From contig OZ242296.1 of NCBI GenBank assembly GCA_965207735.1, forward strand, positions 608,001 through 672,000: a stretch of DNA of 64,000 nt. The letters are read 5' to 3'. The notes below the pieces were generated by a model. That model had not been told where the DNA came from and did no database searches. It saw nothing but the letters and a program-made list of their open reading frames with translations. The position numbers were made by a program, and so were the translations under genes. Of this stretch, positions 1 to 9,119 are shown one piece after another. This stretch comes from Candidatus Versatilivorator sp. (GTDB lineage: Bacteria > Acidobacteriota > Terriglobia > Versatilivoradales > Versatilivoraceae). The stretch's first letter is position 1. Every line of letters starts with the position of its first letter.

Positions 1-24
1 CAATCTATAGGGGCCATTTGGGCC

Positions 25-1293
25 TCAATCGGCGATGCGCTGAATCCTTGCCCCCAGCAACTGCAGCTTCTTCTCGATGGCTTCGTAGCCGCGGTCCAGG
101 TGGTACACCCGGTGAACCAGCGTCTCTCCGCTGGCGACCAGTCCCGCCAGGATCAGGGAGGCGCTGGCTCGCAGATCGGAGGCCAGTACCTTGGCCCCCG
201 TCAGATCCCGGCGCCCCGAGATCACGGCTCGGTTGCCCTCGATCCTGACGTCGGCCCCCATCCGCACCAACTCGCTGGCATGCAGGAATCGACTCTCGAA
301 TATGGTCTCGGTGACGATGGAAGAACCGTGAGCCTGGGTCATCAGCGCCATGTATTGGGCCTGCATGTCGGTAGCGAAGCCGGGGTATTCCATGGTGGTG
401 ACATCCCTTGCCTGGAGCCGGCGGGGGGCCGTTACCCGGCAGGCGTCGGGACCGCTGCGTTCGATGGCGATCCCGGTTTCCTCCAGCTTCTCGATCACGG
501 CCGTCAGATGTTCGGGACGACAATTGAGCAGCTCGACGGCGCCGCCGGTGATGGCTCCGGCCACCATGAAGGTGCCCGCCTCGATGCGGTCCGGAATGAT
601 GGTGTGGTCGGCTCCGCCCAACTCGGGCCTGCCCTGAATTCGAATGGTGCTGCTGCCGTCTCCCTCGATCCGAGCCCCCATCGAGCGCAGCAGATTGGCC
701 AGATCGGTCACTTCAGGCTCGCGGGCGGCGTTATGCAGGACGGTCTCGCCTTTAGCCAGGCAAGCCGCCATCATGAGGTTTTCGGTTCCGGTGACGGTGA
801 TCCGGTCGAAGACCACCTTTTCTCCGGTCAGGCGGGGCGCCGCGGCCTCGACGTATCCATGCTCGATAGTCAGGCTGGCGCCGAGTTTTTTCAGCCCCTT
901 GATGTGGAGATCGATGGGGCGGGCCCCGATGGCGCAACCTCCCGGTAGGGACACCCGGGCCCGGCCGAAGCGGGCCAGCAGGGGCCCCAGGACCAGGACC
1001 GAAGAACGCATGGTCTTTACCCTCTCGTAGGGGGCGACGCAGGAGATGGGATTTGCGGCGACCAGTTCACAGCCATGGCCGGTCTGCAGGTCTTGCAGAC
1101 CGACCCGACAGCCCATCTCCTGCAGGAGTCGACCGGTGGTCCGGATGTCGCGGACGCTGGGCAGATTGCGCAGTCTGAGGGGTTCGTCGGTCAGCAGGGA
1201 AGCCGCCATGGCCGGCAGGGCCGCGTTCTTGGCGCCGCTGACGGCGACCCTGCCCCGCAGCACGGCGCCTCCCTGAATCAGGATCTTATCCAA
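25..1293 (-). CDS. murA: UDP-N-acetylglucosamine 1-carboxyvinyltransferase
   Basis: N-terminal SGAKNAALP, catalytic [30 protein letters not shown] and HLDRGYE motifs. Confidence 0.98.
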   Translation of the reverse strand: MDKILIQGGAVLRGRVAVSGAKNAALPAMAASLLTDEPLRLRNLPSVRDIRTTGRLLQEMGCRVGLQDLQTGHGCELVAANPISCVAPYERVKTMRSSVLVLGPLLARFGRARVSLPGGCAIGARPIDLHIKGLKKLGASLTIEHGYVEAAAPRLTGEKVVFDRITVTGTENLMMAACLAKGETVLHNAAREPEVTDLANLLRSMGARIEGDGSSTIRIQGRPELGGADHTIIPDRIEAGTFMVAGAITGGAVELLNCRPEHLTAVIEKLEETGIAIERSGPDACRVTAPRRLQARDVTTMEYPGFATDMQAQYMALMTQAHGSSIVTETIFESRFLHASELVRMGADVRIEGNRAVISGRRDLTGAKVLASDLRASASLILAGLVASGETLVHRVYHLDRGYEAIEKKLQLLGARIQRIAD

Positions 1294-2455
1294 CGGTGTG
1301 GCTCACCTCCCCTTGCACAATGGTGGTATGCACCTGAAGGTTCCGGTCCAGAAGCACCATGTCGGCGTCGTGACCCGCGGCCAGGGTTCCCTTGCCGGCG
1401 GCCATCCCCAGCGATTGGGCCGGATTGCGGGTGAGCATGCCCAGCACGGTTTGCACCGGTAGACCGCTCCACCGGACGATGTTCCGCAGGGCCTGGTCCT
1501 GGGTCAGAATGCTGCCCGCCAACGTGCCGTCCGCCGTTCGACAGATACCATCCGAAAGCGTGATTTCGGCATCGGCCAGCCGGTACCGTCCCTCGGGCAT
1601 GCCGGTGGCGCTGACGGCGTCGCTGATCAGAAGCATCCTGCCGGCTCCCCTGCACCGGAGACAAAGGTCGACCGCGGCAGGCGAGACGTGCACCCCGTCG
1701 GCAATGAGCTCGGCCCAGATCCGCGGGGTTGTCAGGACGGCGCCGAGAATTCCCGGGTCGCGATGGCCAAAGCCCCTCATGGCGTTGAACAGGTGGGTGG
1801 CATTGCCGGCGCCTATATCAATGGCTGCCATGGTTTCTTCCAGGGTGGCGTTGGAGTGGCCCAGAGAGACGACGACCCCTCTGGAACGGGCGAAGCGGAT
1901 CAGGTCCAGGCCACCCTCGACTTCCGGCGCCAGCGTGATCAGCTTGATCCGATTGCCGGAGCGGGCCAGCAACTGCTCGAGGATGAGTGTGGATGGGCGG
2001 CGGATGTGCTCGGCGGAATGAGCCCCCCGCTTTTCGGGATTGATGAAGGGACCTTCCAGGTGGAGCCCCAGCATGCGGGCGCCCGGCAGAGGTCGATCCA
2101 CCTGGCGTCCCAGGGCTTCTACGGCCTGCAGGGTCGCAATGGGAGAAGCCGTCACGGTCGTGGCCAGAAAGGAGGTGGTGCCGTGAGCGGCCAGAAAGCG
2201 AGAAATCGCCTCGAGAGCCTCGGGCGTGCCCTCCATCACATCTCGTCCTATCGCGCCGTGGATGTGGACATCGATGAACCCCGGAGCCAGCAGTTGTCGG
2301 GAGTGGTCCACCACCTCGAATTCGTCCCTGGAGAACCGCACCGCCGCCCGGCTCCCGACTTCCAGGATCTTGGGGCCTTCGACCAGAACCACCCCGTCCA
2401 GAATGACCCGATCGGGAGTCATGACCCTGCCGGCGATCACTGCCAGTCGCTTCAT
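1286..2455 (-). CDS. nagA: N-acetylglucosamine-6-phosphate deacetylase
   Basis: PGFIDVHIHG, HLEGPFIN, TLAPE, GHSNA, THLFNAM, DGVHV, LAGS motifs; overlaps murA start. Confidence 0.97.
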   Translation of the reverse strand: MKRLAVIAGRVMTPDRVILDGVVLVEGPKILEVGSRAAVRFSRDEFEVVDHSRQLLAPGFIDVHIHGAIGRDVMEGTPEALEAISRFLAAHGTTSFLATTVTASPIATLQAVEALGRQVDRPLPGARMLGLHLEGPFINPEKRGAHSAEHIRRPSTLILEQLLARSGNRIKLITLAPEVEGGLDLIRFARSRGVVVSLGHSNATLEETMAAIDIGAGNATHLFNAMRGFGHRDPGILGAVLTTPRIWAELIADGVHVSPAAVDLCLRCRGAGRMLLISDAVSATGMPEGRYRLADAEITLSDGICRTADGTLAGSILTQDQALRNIVRWSGLPVQTVLGMLTRNPAQSLGMAAGKGTLAAGHDADMVLLDRNLQVHTTIVQGEVSHTVG

Positions 2456-5286
2456 GTCCCCTCATTCCCTGCGATATCCGTTTGCATTATCTCCCATGAG
2501 TCCACCGCTTCGGCCACGGTGTCGGCGAGTTGACGGCGGGCCGACTGGATGGCGCTGTTGTTCCGGGAGGGATGGACCCGGTTGGTCAGGAAGACGATGA
2601 AGAGCCGGCGGGTGGGGTCGATCCACAACGAGGTGCCGGTAAACCCCGTATGGCCATAGGCCTGGGGCGACAGCCTGCTGCCGGCCGAGCTGCTGGGCGC
2701 AGGGGTGTCCCAGCCAAGGGCGCGACTACTCCCAGATGGCTGGGCCTGACGTTGGGTGAAGGTTTCCAGAGTGCTCGGCTTCACGATGCGGCGATGGTTG
2801 TAGACGCCGCCGTTGAGGAGAGCCTGGCAAAAGACTGCCAGGTCCGCCGCGGTGCCGAACAGGCCGGCGTGACCCGCCACACCACCCATGGCATAGGCAT
2901 TTTCGTCATGGACCTCGCCCCTCAGCAACCGTTTCCTCCAGGGGTCGACTTCCGTGGGAGCAATCCGAGGACTCCAGGCGGACGGGGGTTGAAAGCAGGT
3001 CCGGTGCATTCCCAGGGGTTTGAAGATCTGTTGTCGAGCCAGGTTGTCGAGGCTGTCTCCACAAGCTCTTTCCAGGACGGCCGCCAGCAGAATGAAGCCC
3101 AGGTCGCTGTAGAGGCTGTGGCTGCCCGGCTGGTACTCCAGGGGAGTTTCCAGAATCCGTCGCAGGACGTTTTCCTTTCCGCTGGCATGGGCGTAGAGAG
3201 GGAGGTGGGCCGGGAGCCCCGAGGTGTGGGCCAACAGATGCTTGAGGGCGACTTGCCGTTTTCCCCCCTCCCGAAATTCTGGAAAGTAGCGTCCGAGCCG
3301 GTCTTCCAGGTCGATTGCCCCGCCTTCGCAAGCCTGCATGGCCAGGGTGGCGGTGCACACCACCTTTGTGAGTGAGGCCAGGTCATAAACGGAACGTGGG
3401 TTTGCCGGGGGACTGGTCGAAGTGTAGTCCAGCCTGCCGTATCCTCGGCAAACCAGCAGCTTTTCCCGGTAGCCAACCGCCAGGGAGGCTCCCGGGAAGG
3501 CTTGCAGGTCGATGAAGCGGCGGACAAGCTGCTGAAGCCTGGTTCGCAGGCCCCGGATGTCCTGTCGGGGCCGGTCCAATGCGTCCGGACGGGCCTTTTC
3601 CAGGACCATCGGAAAGGCTTCCCGGCGGAGGCCGGCGCCCCCCGCGGCTACGCCGGGAATCGACACCGGCAGCCGGCCGGTCAGGGGAATTTCTCCAAAG
3701 AGCGCCCTGGCTGCCGCCCGCTGGGAAGTGGAAACGTGGCTGTAGGCGCAGAGATAGGTGGGGAAGAAGGAAAGCTGTCGAATCAGATAAGGGTCACCCA
3801 GGGAAATCAAGAGCGCAGAGGGCTTGAGCCGGACCAGCCCCTTCAACCAATCCGCCAGGCGGGCAGGCAGTCCCAGCCGGCCGGTCCCGGTCACCAGCGG
3901 AACATACAGAGCCACCACGCAGAGATCCGCTTTGCCGGCCCCGTCCTTGACCTGGTTCAGCAGGGCGGGAGTCGCTTCCGGGGAGAGACGATCCACTTCC
4001 AGGAGATCGAGTCGCGTCCTGAGGTGATCTTCCAGATCGTCGGCAGCACTAGGCGATGGCTTGGCGGAAACGATGATCAGATGTGCCGAGCGGATTCGAC
4101 GGACGTCCAGCGGCACCTGAGAGGGATCGTCTTTCACCAGGGTGACGGAAGCGTCGGCCAGCTGTTGGGCTTGACGGTGAAGTGAGGGAGCGTTCATTCG
4201 CCGAGCCAACTGCCCGAAGTCCACCGGCTTTCTTCGGTTCAGTCCCAGCCAGGCCTTGGCCTGCAGGATACGCTCGACCGATCGGTCCACACGGGCCTGG
4301 GACAGGCGGCCGGTCTTTACCGCCTCGAGCAGCGCGCTGAAGACGACCCGGGCATCGGGTGGATCCAACAGCACGTCAACACCGGCCTCCAGGGCCTGAA
4401 CAGCCGCTTCGCCGCTCCAGTACCCTCGAGTCAGCCCCTGCATCTTCATGGAGTCGGATACGATCAGACCCTGAAACCCCAGCTCGTTCCTCAAGACCCG
4501 TTCCAGTATCGCCGCCGAGAGCGAGGCCGGGCGACGGCGGTCTTTCTCCAGGGCCGGGACGGCGACGTGAGCCGTCATGACCGCCATGACGCCGGCGCCG
4601 ATCGCCTCCCGAAACGGAACCCATTCGATCCGCTCCAGGCGTGGACGCTGCAGGGGAATCACCGGCAGGGACAGGTGCGAATCCACCTCGGTGTCGCCGT
4701 GACCCGGAAAATGCTTGGCGGTCGCCAGCACCCGGGCCTGCTGGGCTCCGGCCACGAATGCCGCGCCCAAACGGCCCACCGTTTCAGGGTCCTCTCCGTA
4801 GGAGCGGATGTTGATGACCGGATTGGCCGGGTTGTTGTTGACATCCACCACTGGGGCAAAAATCCAGTTGACTCCCAGGGCGCGGGCTTCCTGGGCGGTG
4901 ATGCGCCCCTGCCGGTAAGCCCACCGCTCCGAGCGGGTGGCCCCCACGGCCATGTTCCAGGGCAGGGGAACGGTATGGCGAATACGGAAGGCGGCCCCCC
5001 GCTCGAAGTCGGATCCGATCAGCAGGGGAATCGGTGCCTGGGACTGCAGTCGGTCGATGAGGACGGCCGATTCGTAGATGTCTCCCTCGAAGAGTATGAA
5101 ACCGCCCATGCCCAGTTCTTGCGCCTGATGCCGCAACCGCTCGAATTCGTGGCTGGCTTCATTGAGGTGAATTCCACGGATGGCCGGCATGATGAGCTGG
5201 CCGAGCTTAGCCTCCAAAGGCAGTCGGTTTAAAGTGGATATAACCCAATTTTTACCAATGGTTTGGAATTGGAATAGTGAAGGCAT
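2452..5286 (-). CDS. GH3 beta-N-acetylglucosaminidase fused to a beta-lactamase-like serine hydrolase domain
   Basis: GH3 motifs (SDFERG, APVVDV, KHFPGHGDTEVDSH); C-terminal SxxK (LASLTK), YSD and HTGFTG motifs; GTGA/ATGA-type overlap with nagA. Confidence 0.92.
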   Translation of the reverse strand: MPSLFQFQTIGKNWVISTLNRLPLEAKLGQLIMPAIRGIHLNEASHEFERLRHQAQELGMGGFILFEGDIYESAVLIDRLQSQAPIPLLIGSDFERGAAFRIRHTVPLPWNMAVGATRSERWAYRQGRITAQEARALGVNWIFAPVVDVNNNPANPVINIRSYGEDPETVGRLGAAFVAGAQQARVLATAKHFPGHGDTEVDSHLSLPVIPLQRPRLERIEWVPFREAIGAGVMAVMTAHVAVPALEKDRRRPASLSAAILERVLRNELGFQGLIVSDSMKMQGLTRGYWSGEAAVQALEAGVDVLLDPPDARVVFSALLEAVKTGRLSQARVDRSVERILQAKAWLGLNRRKPVDFGQLARRMNAPSLHRQAQQLADASVTLVKDDPSQVPLDVRRIRSAHLIIVSAKPSPSAADDLEDHLRTRLDLLEVDRLSPEATPALLNQVKDGAGKADLCVVALYVPLVTGTGRLGLPARLADWLKGLVRLKPSALLISLGDPYLIRQLSFFPTYLCAYSHVSTSQRAAARALFGEIPLTGRLPVSIPGVAAGGAGLRREAFPMVLEKARPDALDRPRQDIRGLRTRLQQLVRRFIDLQAFPGASLAVGYREKLLVCRGYGRLDYTSTSPPANPRSVYDLASLTKVVCTATLAMQACEGGAIDLEDRLGRYFPEFREGGKRQVALKHLLAHTSGLPAHLPLYAHASGKENVLRRILETPLEYQPGSHSLYSDLGFILLAAVLERACGDSLDNLARQQIFKPLGMHRTCFQPPSAWSPRIAPTEVDPWRKRLLRGEVHDENAYAMGGVAGHAGLFGTAADLAVFCQALLNGGVYNHRRIVKPSTLETFTQRQAQPSGSSRALGWDTPAPSSSAGSRLSPQAYGHTGFTGTSLWIDPTRRLFIVFLTNRVHPSRNNSAIQSARRQLADTVAEAVDSWEIMQTDIAGNEGT

Positions 5287-5567
5287 GGACGAAGTCCTTG
5301 CAACTGCTTGGGACGAGGGAGAGTACGCCGCGCAGGCAATACCCGGTCGGAAGCGGCTCAGCAGCCGGACACGCTATTGGGTTCATCCCATTGTTTGGCC
5401 GGCTCAGGGTTCTTGCCTTCGCCGTGCCTGGAGAGAGAGCCGAGTCGGTGGAATCCACTACCTGTCGGAACGTTGCGTAATATGTTTGTTTTCAACGAGG
5501 TGACGTTCAGGCGCAGGATCTGTCGCTCAAAGAGCGGAATTATCTTGTCAATGCGGTAAAAAACCTC

Positions 5568-5595
5568 TTGACATGCGGTATATATATGTTAGTCT
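5568..5595 (+). promoter_or_regulatory. sigma70-like promoter
   Basis: TTGACA (5568-5573), 16-bp spacer, extended -10 TGn-TAGTCT (5587-5595) in an AT-rich patch of a GC-rich genome. Confidence 0.65.
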
Positions 5596-5602
5596 TTCTT
5601 TC

Positions 5603-6107
5603 AAACAGCCCCTGGACGGGAAGCCTCCTGAATGTGTTCACCCCGGAGAGGGTCCCAAACAGCAAGGCTGCCAGACAAAGGGTGGTCTCAAGGCTGCCCT
5701 TTGGCCACCAGAACGGTTGATCGCGATAGATTGCGGCACCGGGCCGGTGGCGAGAATTCTAGTGCAAAGGAGGCATTTGGGCAATCCTCACGGTCGTAAT
5801 CCTCACGGTCGTAATCGCCCCAATGCCGGCATGGATGATTCGGGAATTGCGAGGCCGGGAGAGGTGGAAGGCCTGTCAGCCTGCTGGTTCAGGCAATCCT
5901 CTCCAGGCACTCAAAGGTGTGGACGGGCAGGCGTGGAGAGGGAGACACGCTTGCTTTTCCGCTATCCCCCTCTCAGCGCGCGGGGAGGGGGTGCTTTGAG
6001 TGGAGTCCAAGAGTGAATCGCATTTCCGACCGGGTCGCTGGTTCCTGATCAAGACCGGGATACCAGGAGGCTCGGAGTGTTGGAACATCCCGTTCAGCCT
6101 GAAGGCT
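5603..6107 (+). ncRNA. candidate large structured non-coding RNA (~500 nt), family not recognised
   Basis: Nested end-to-end helices (5612-5621/6088-6097; 5622-5630/6064-6072; 5631-5641/6013-6024) and many internal hairpins with G-U pairs that work only on the + strand; follows the promoter; no credible ORF. Confidence 0.6.
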
Positions 6108-7500
6108 AGCTCTTGTTCCCCCCCCAGGGACCGGTGATGGCCAGGGTGATGCCCGGATTCTGGATGTTGGCAAAGAGGGTGGTTCCGTCGGGGGAAAAGG
6201 TCGAACCGGCAAACTCGGAGTTGTTGAAGACGTTGCGGCCGAGCTTGTAGAGGTCGCCCCGAGGAGTGACGCCGACCAGGAATTGCTCGTTCGGTCCATC
6301 CTCACAAAGGATCAGGTCTCCCCAGGGCGCCACCGTCAGGTTGTCGGCGTTCTCGACCAGGTTGCCGTCGTTGGGCTCGATGAAAAGTTCCAGTCTGCCC
6401 GGGCTGTTCTTCTCGCCGGGTTTTCCTTCCGCAGGACCGGGGGCGTAGCGCCACACCTGCCCCTTCTTGTTCAGACCGCCGTTGGTGCAGACAAAATAGA
6501 CCCATCCCTTGTCCCACCACATGCCTTCTCCCCTGGCGAAGCGGGCCGCACCCAGATCCTCGAATCCCCGATAGCGCAGGTCGTCGTCGGGGGACTCGAC
6601 CTCGTCGATTTCGACCCACTCCACCTCGAAAACATGTCCCGGCAGCACTTTGCGCGCATTCCAGTTTCGGGTGTCCAGACCGGGCTTGTCCTTCACTTTC
6701 AACACCTGCAGGCGTCCGCCCGCTGCCAGGTTTCCGGGCTGGTCGGGGATGAACCGATAGAGCAGTCCATCGCCCCGGTCCTCCGTTTCGTAGACGATTC
6801 CGGAATTGGGGTCGACGGCGACCGCTTCATGCACGAAGCGTCCCATGGCTTTCAGGGGAACGGCGAGAGTCAACCCGACTTCGCTGCTGGCCGGCACTTC
6901 GAAGTTGTAGCCGTGGTCCCTGGTGTAGAGTCCTTCCTCCTTTTGAATCGTCTCCTCGCAGGTAATCCAGCTTCCCCAGGGAGTCGGTCCTCCCGCACAG
7001 TTGCGAACCGTTCCGCCCAGGCTCAGGAAGTGCTTTTCCAGGCGCATCTCGCGGGTGTTGTAGACCACGGTGGTGGTTCCTCCCAGGCAGGCCCTCCTCC
7101 CACGGCCGGCGTCATACAATTTTTGCCGGTCTGCGTTCCTGAGCGACTGGTTGATGGGGCCAAAGGCTCCGATGGTCTGGTGATCGATGCCCAGCTCGTG
7201 ATTCCGGACCAGAATCGTGCTGCCTGCCGGACCCGGAAAGGCAGCCATCCCGTCATGCAGACCCGGAACTCTGTAGCCATCGTCCATCAACTCTCCCACT
7301 TTGGACAAGATCCGATAAGTGAAACCCGCGGGGAGTTCAATTACTCCCTCCGGATCCGATTGCAAGTCCCCATAGCCTGCCGGAGCATTCGGTTTGGAAG
7401 TGGGCCTTGAAAACCCGTTGCCGGTAAGGGAACGAAGCCCCAGAAAGCCCATGGTGCAGGCCCCGGACGCTTTCAGAAACGATCGTCGTGAGGAATTCAT
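6106..7500 (-). CDS. phoX: PhoX-family (DUF839) alkaline phosphatase, Tat-exported
   Basis: Tat signal MNSSRRSFLK; LVRNHE, NCAGGPTPWGSWITCEE, MGRFVHEA, FARGEG, EFAG motifs; start moved to ATG at 7500. Confidence 0.9.
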   Translation of the reverse strand: MNSSRRSFLKASGACTMGFLGLRSLTGNGFSRPTSKPNAPAGYGDLQSDPEGVIELPAGFTYRILSKVGELMDDGYRVPGLHDGMAAFPGPAGSTILVRNHELGIDHQTIGAFGPINQSLRNADRQKLYDAGRGRRACLGGTTTVVYNTREMRLEKHFLSLGGTVRNCAGGPTPWGSWITCEETIQKEEGLYTRDHGYNFEVPASSEVGLTLAVPLKAMGRFVHEAVAVDPNSGIVYETEDRGDGLLYRFIPDQPGNLAAGGRLQVLKVKDKPGLDTRNWNARKVLPGHVFEVEWVEIDEVESPDDDLRYRGFEDLGAARFARGEGMWWDKGWVYFVCTNGGLNKKGQVWRYAPGPAEGKPGEKNSPGRLELFIEPNDGNLVENADNLTVAPWGDLILCEDGPNEQFLVGVTPRGDLYKLGRNVFNNSEFAGSTFSPDGTTLFANIQNPGITLAITGPWGGNKS

Positions 7501-7982
7501 TTCGGTCTGCCTTTCTTGGGAGACGCCCGGCGCCGGTTCGTCAGAATCGCCGGTTCGATGCCCAGGTTCGTAGGGCGCTACCCTGATCTTCATTGATTCC
7601 GCGATGGGCTTGTATGTTAACAAGAACCGCTGTGTCACTCGCGTAAATTTATCGTAAAGGGAATCCGGACGACCGACAAATCGAGAGAGGGATGCCATCT
7701 CAGGAATCCTTCCCGACCCGAATTGCGGCGCCCCGGGCGCCGACCAAAAAAGCCGTCCGGGGGCAGGCAACTGTGGTATTTTGGGGCGGCGTTCTTGCAG
7801 GCTTCGGAGCCGCCGGGCCACAGTCGGCGAACTCCGGCCGGGTGGCTGGCCTAAGGATAAAAAAGGTCTGATTTCAAGTCCTTATGAAGCGCATCTTTCG
7901 AGGCCTCCCGGACAGTATCGGGCAAGGCCATCCCCGAGAGCCATGAAGCGGGTCGGAACCCGCCGGCAGCGACATTCTTTCC

Positions 7983-9119
7983 ATGAGCACACTCCTCTCC
8001 TATTTTCGTGAGCTGGAACCGCAGATGGTCCAGTGGCTGATGGATCTGATCAACACCGATTCGCCTTCGGACAACAAGCCGGCGCTGGATCGGCTGGCCC
8101 GACAGATGGCCGACCGGTTCGACAGCTACGGCGCCGCGGTGGAAGTGGTCCCCAACCCGGAGGCGGGAGACCACCTGCTGGCCAGGTTTTCAGGGCCCGA
8201 TGCCCAGGGAAAGCCCCTGCTGCTGCTGGGGCACCTGGATACGGTTTGGGGTATGGGAGAGGCCGGGCGCCGTCCGGCCAGGCTGGAGGACGGTAAGATC
8301 TTCGGACCCGCTTCCTTTGACATGCGAGGGGGCACCACCTTGATGCTGGCGCTGGCCCACTATCTGTCGAGTGGCCGGGGGAGGTTGAAGCGGTCCCTGA
8401 CCATCCTGCTCGACTCCGACGAGGAAGTCGGCACGCTGACAGCTCGGGCCTTGATCGAAAAGGAAGCCCGGGATTGCCGGGCCGCGCTGGTGCTGGAGCC
8501 CTGCCTGCCGGGGGGCGCTGTCAAGACCGCCCGCAAAGGGGTTGGAACCTTTTCGATTTCAGCCGACGGTGTGGCCGCCCATGCCGGCGTGGACTATCAG
8601 AAGGGGGTGAGCGCCATTCAGGAGTTGGCCTACCAGGTCCTGGAGCTCTACAAGTTGAACAACCTGGATCTGGGAACCACGGTCAATCCGGGGGTCATCC
8701 GCGGGGGGTCCCGCTCCAACGTGATTGCCGACCGGGCCGGGCTGGAAGTGGACGTGCGAGTGGCCACCAAAGCCGAGGGAGAGCGCATCACCGGATGCAT
8801 TCACGGGCTCCAGCCACGGGTCGAGGGCAGTCGCCTTGCCGTCCAGGGGAACATGAATCGGCCGCCCCTGGAACGCAATCGGCAGGTGATTCAACTGTAC
8901 CGGCAGGCCCGGCAGTTGGCCGCCGAGCTGGGCATCGACCTGCAGGAGGGTTCGACCGGTGGAGGCAGCGACGGTTGCTTTACCGCGGCCCTGGGAATCC
9001 CGACGTTGGATGGCCTGGGCCCCGATGGCGCCGGCCCTCATGCCTTGCACGAACATGTGCTGGTGGAAAGCCTGGTTCCAAGAGCTGCATTGCTGACCCA
9101 CCTGGCCTTGAATCTATGA
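7983..9119 (+). CDS. M20 family metallopeptidase (glutamate carboxypeptidase-like)
   Basis: GHLDTV, DMRGG, DEEVG, LEP, GGGSDG, HALHEH motifs. Confidence 0.9.
   Translation: MSTLLSYFRELEPQMVQWLMDLINTDSPSDNKPALDRLARQMADRFDSYGAAVEVVPNPEAGDHLLARFSGPDAQGKPLLLLGHLDTVWGMGEAGRRPARLEDGKIFGPASFDMRGGTTLMLALAHYLSSGRGRLKRSLTILLDSDEEVGTLTARALIEKEARDCRAALVLEPCLPGGAVKTARKGVGTFSISADGVAAHAGVDYQKGVSAIQELAYQVLELYKLNNLDLGTTVNPGVIRGGSRSNVIADRAGLEVDVRVATKAEGERITGCIHGLQPRVEGSRLAVQGNMNRPPLERNRQVIQLYRQARQLAAELGIDLQEGSTGGGSDGCFTAALGIPTLDGLGPDGAGPHALHEHVLVESLVPRAALLTHLALNL

Noticed and set aside
5287-5560. glmS ribozyme upstream of the amino-sugar operon
   Set aside because: Only a short GCGCCTGAAC resemblance on the - strand; the GACGAGG core is not correctly placed
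5573-6016. 147-aa ORF over the structured intergenic region
   Set aside because: Starts inside the promoter, has no RBS and no recognisable domain; the base-pairing pattern explains the region better
5603-6107. RNase P, tmRNA or riboswitch identity for the structured region
   Set aside because: No GAGGAAAGTCC P4 motif, no tRNA-like T-arm/CCA ends, and no downstream gene on the same strand
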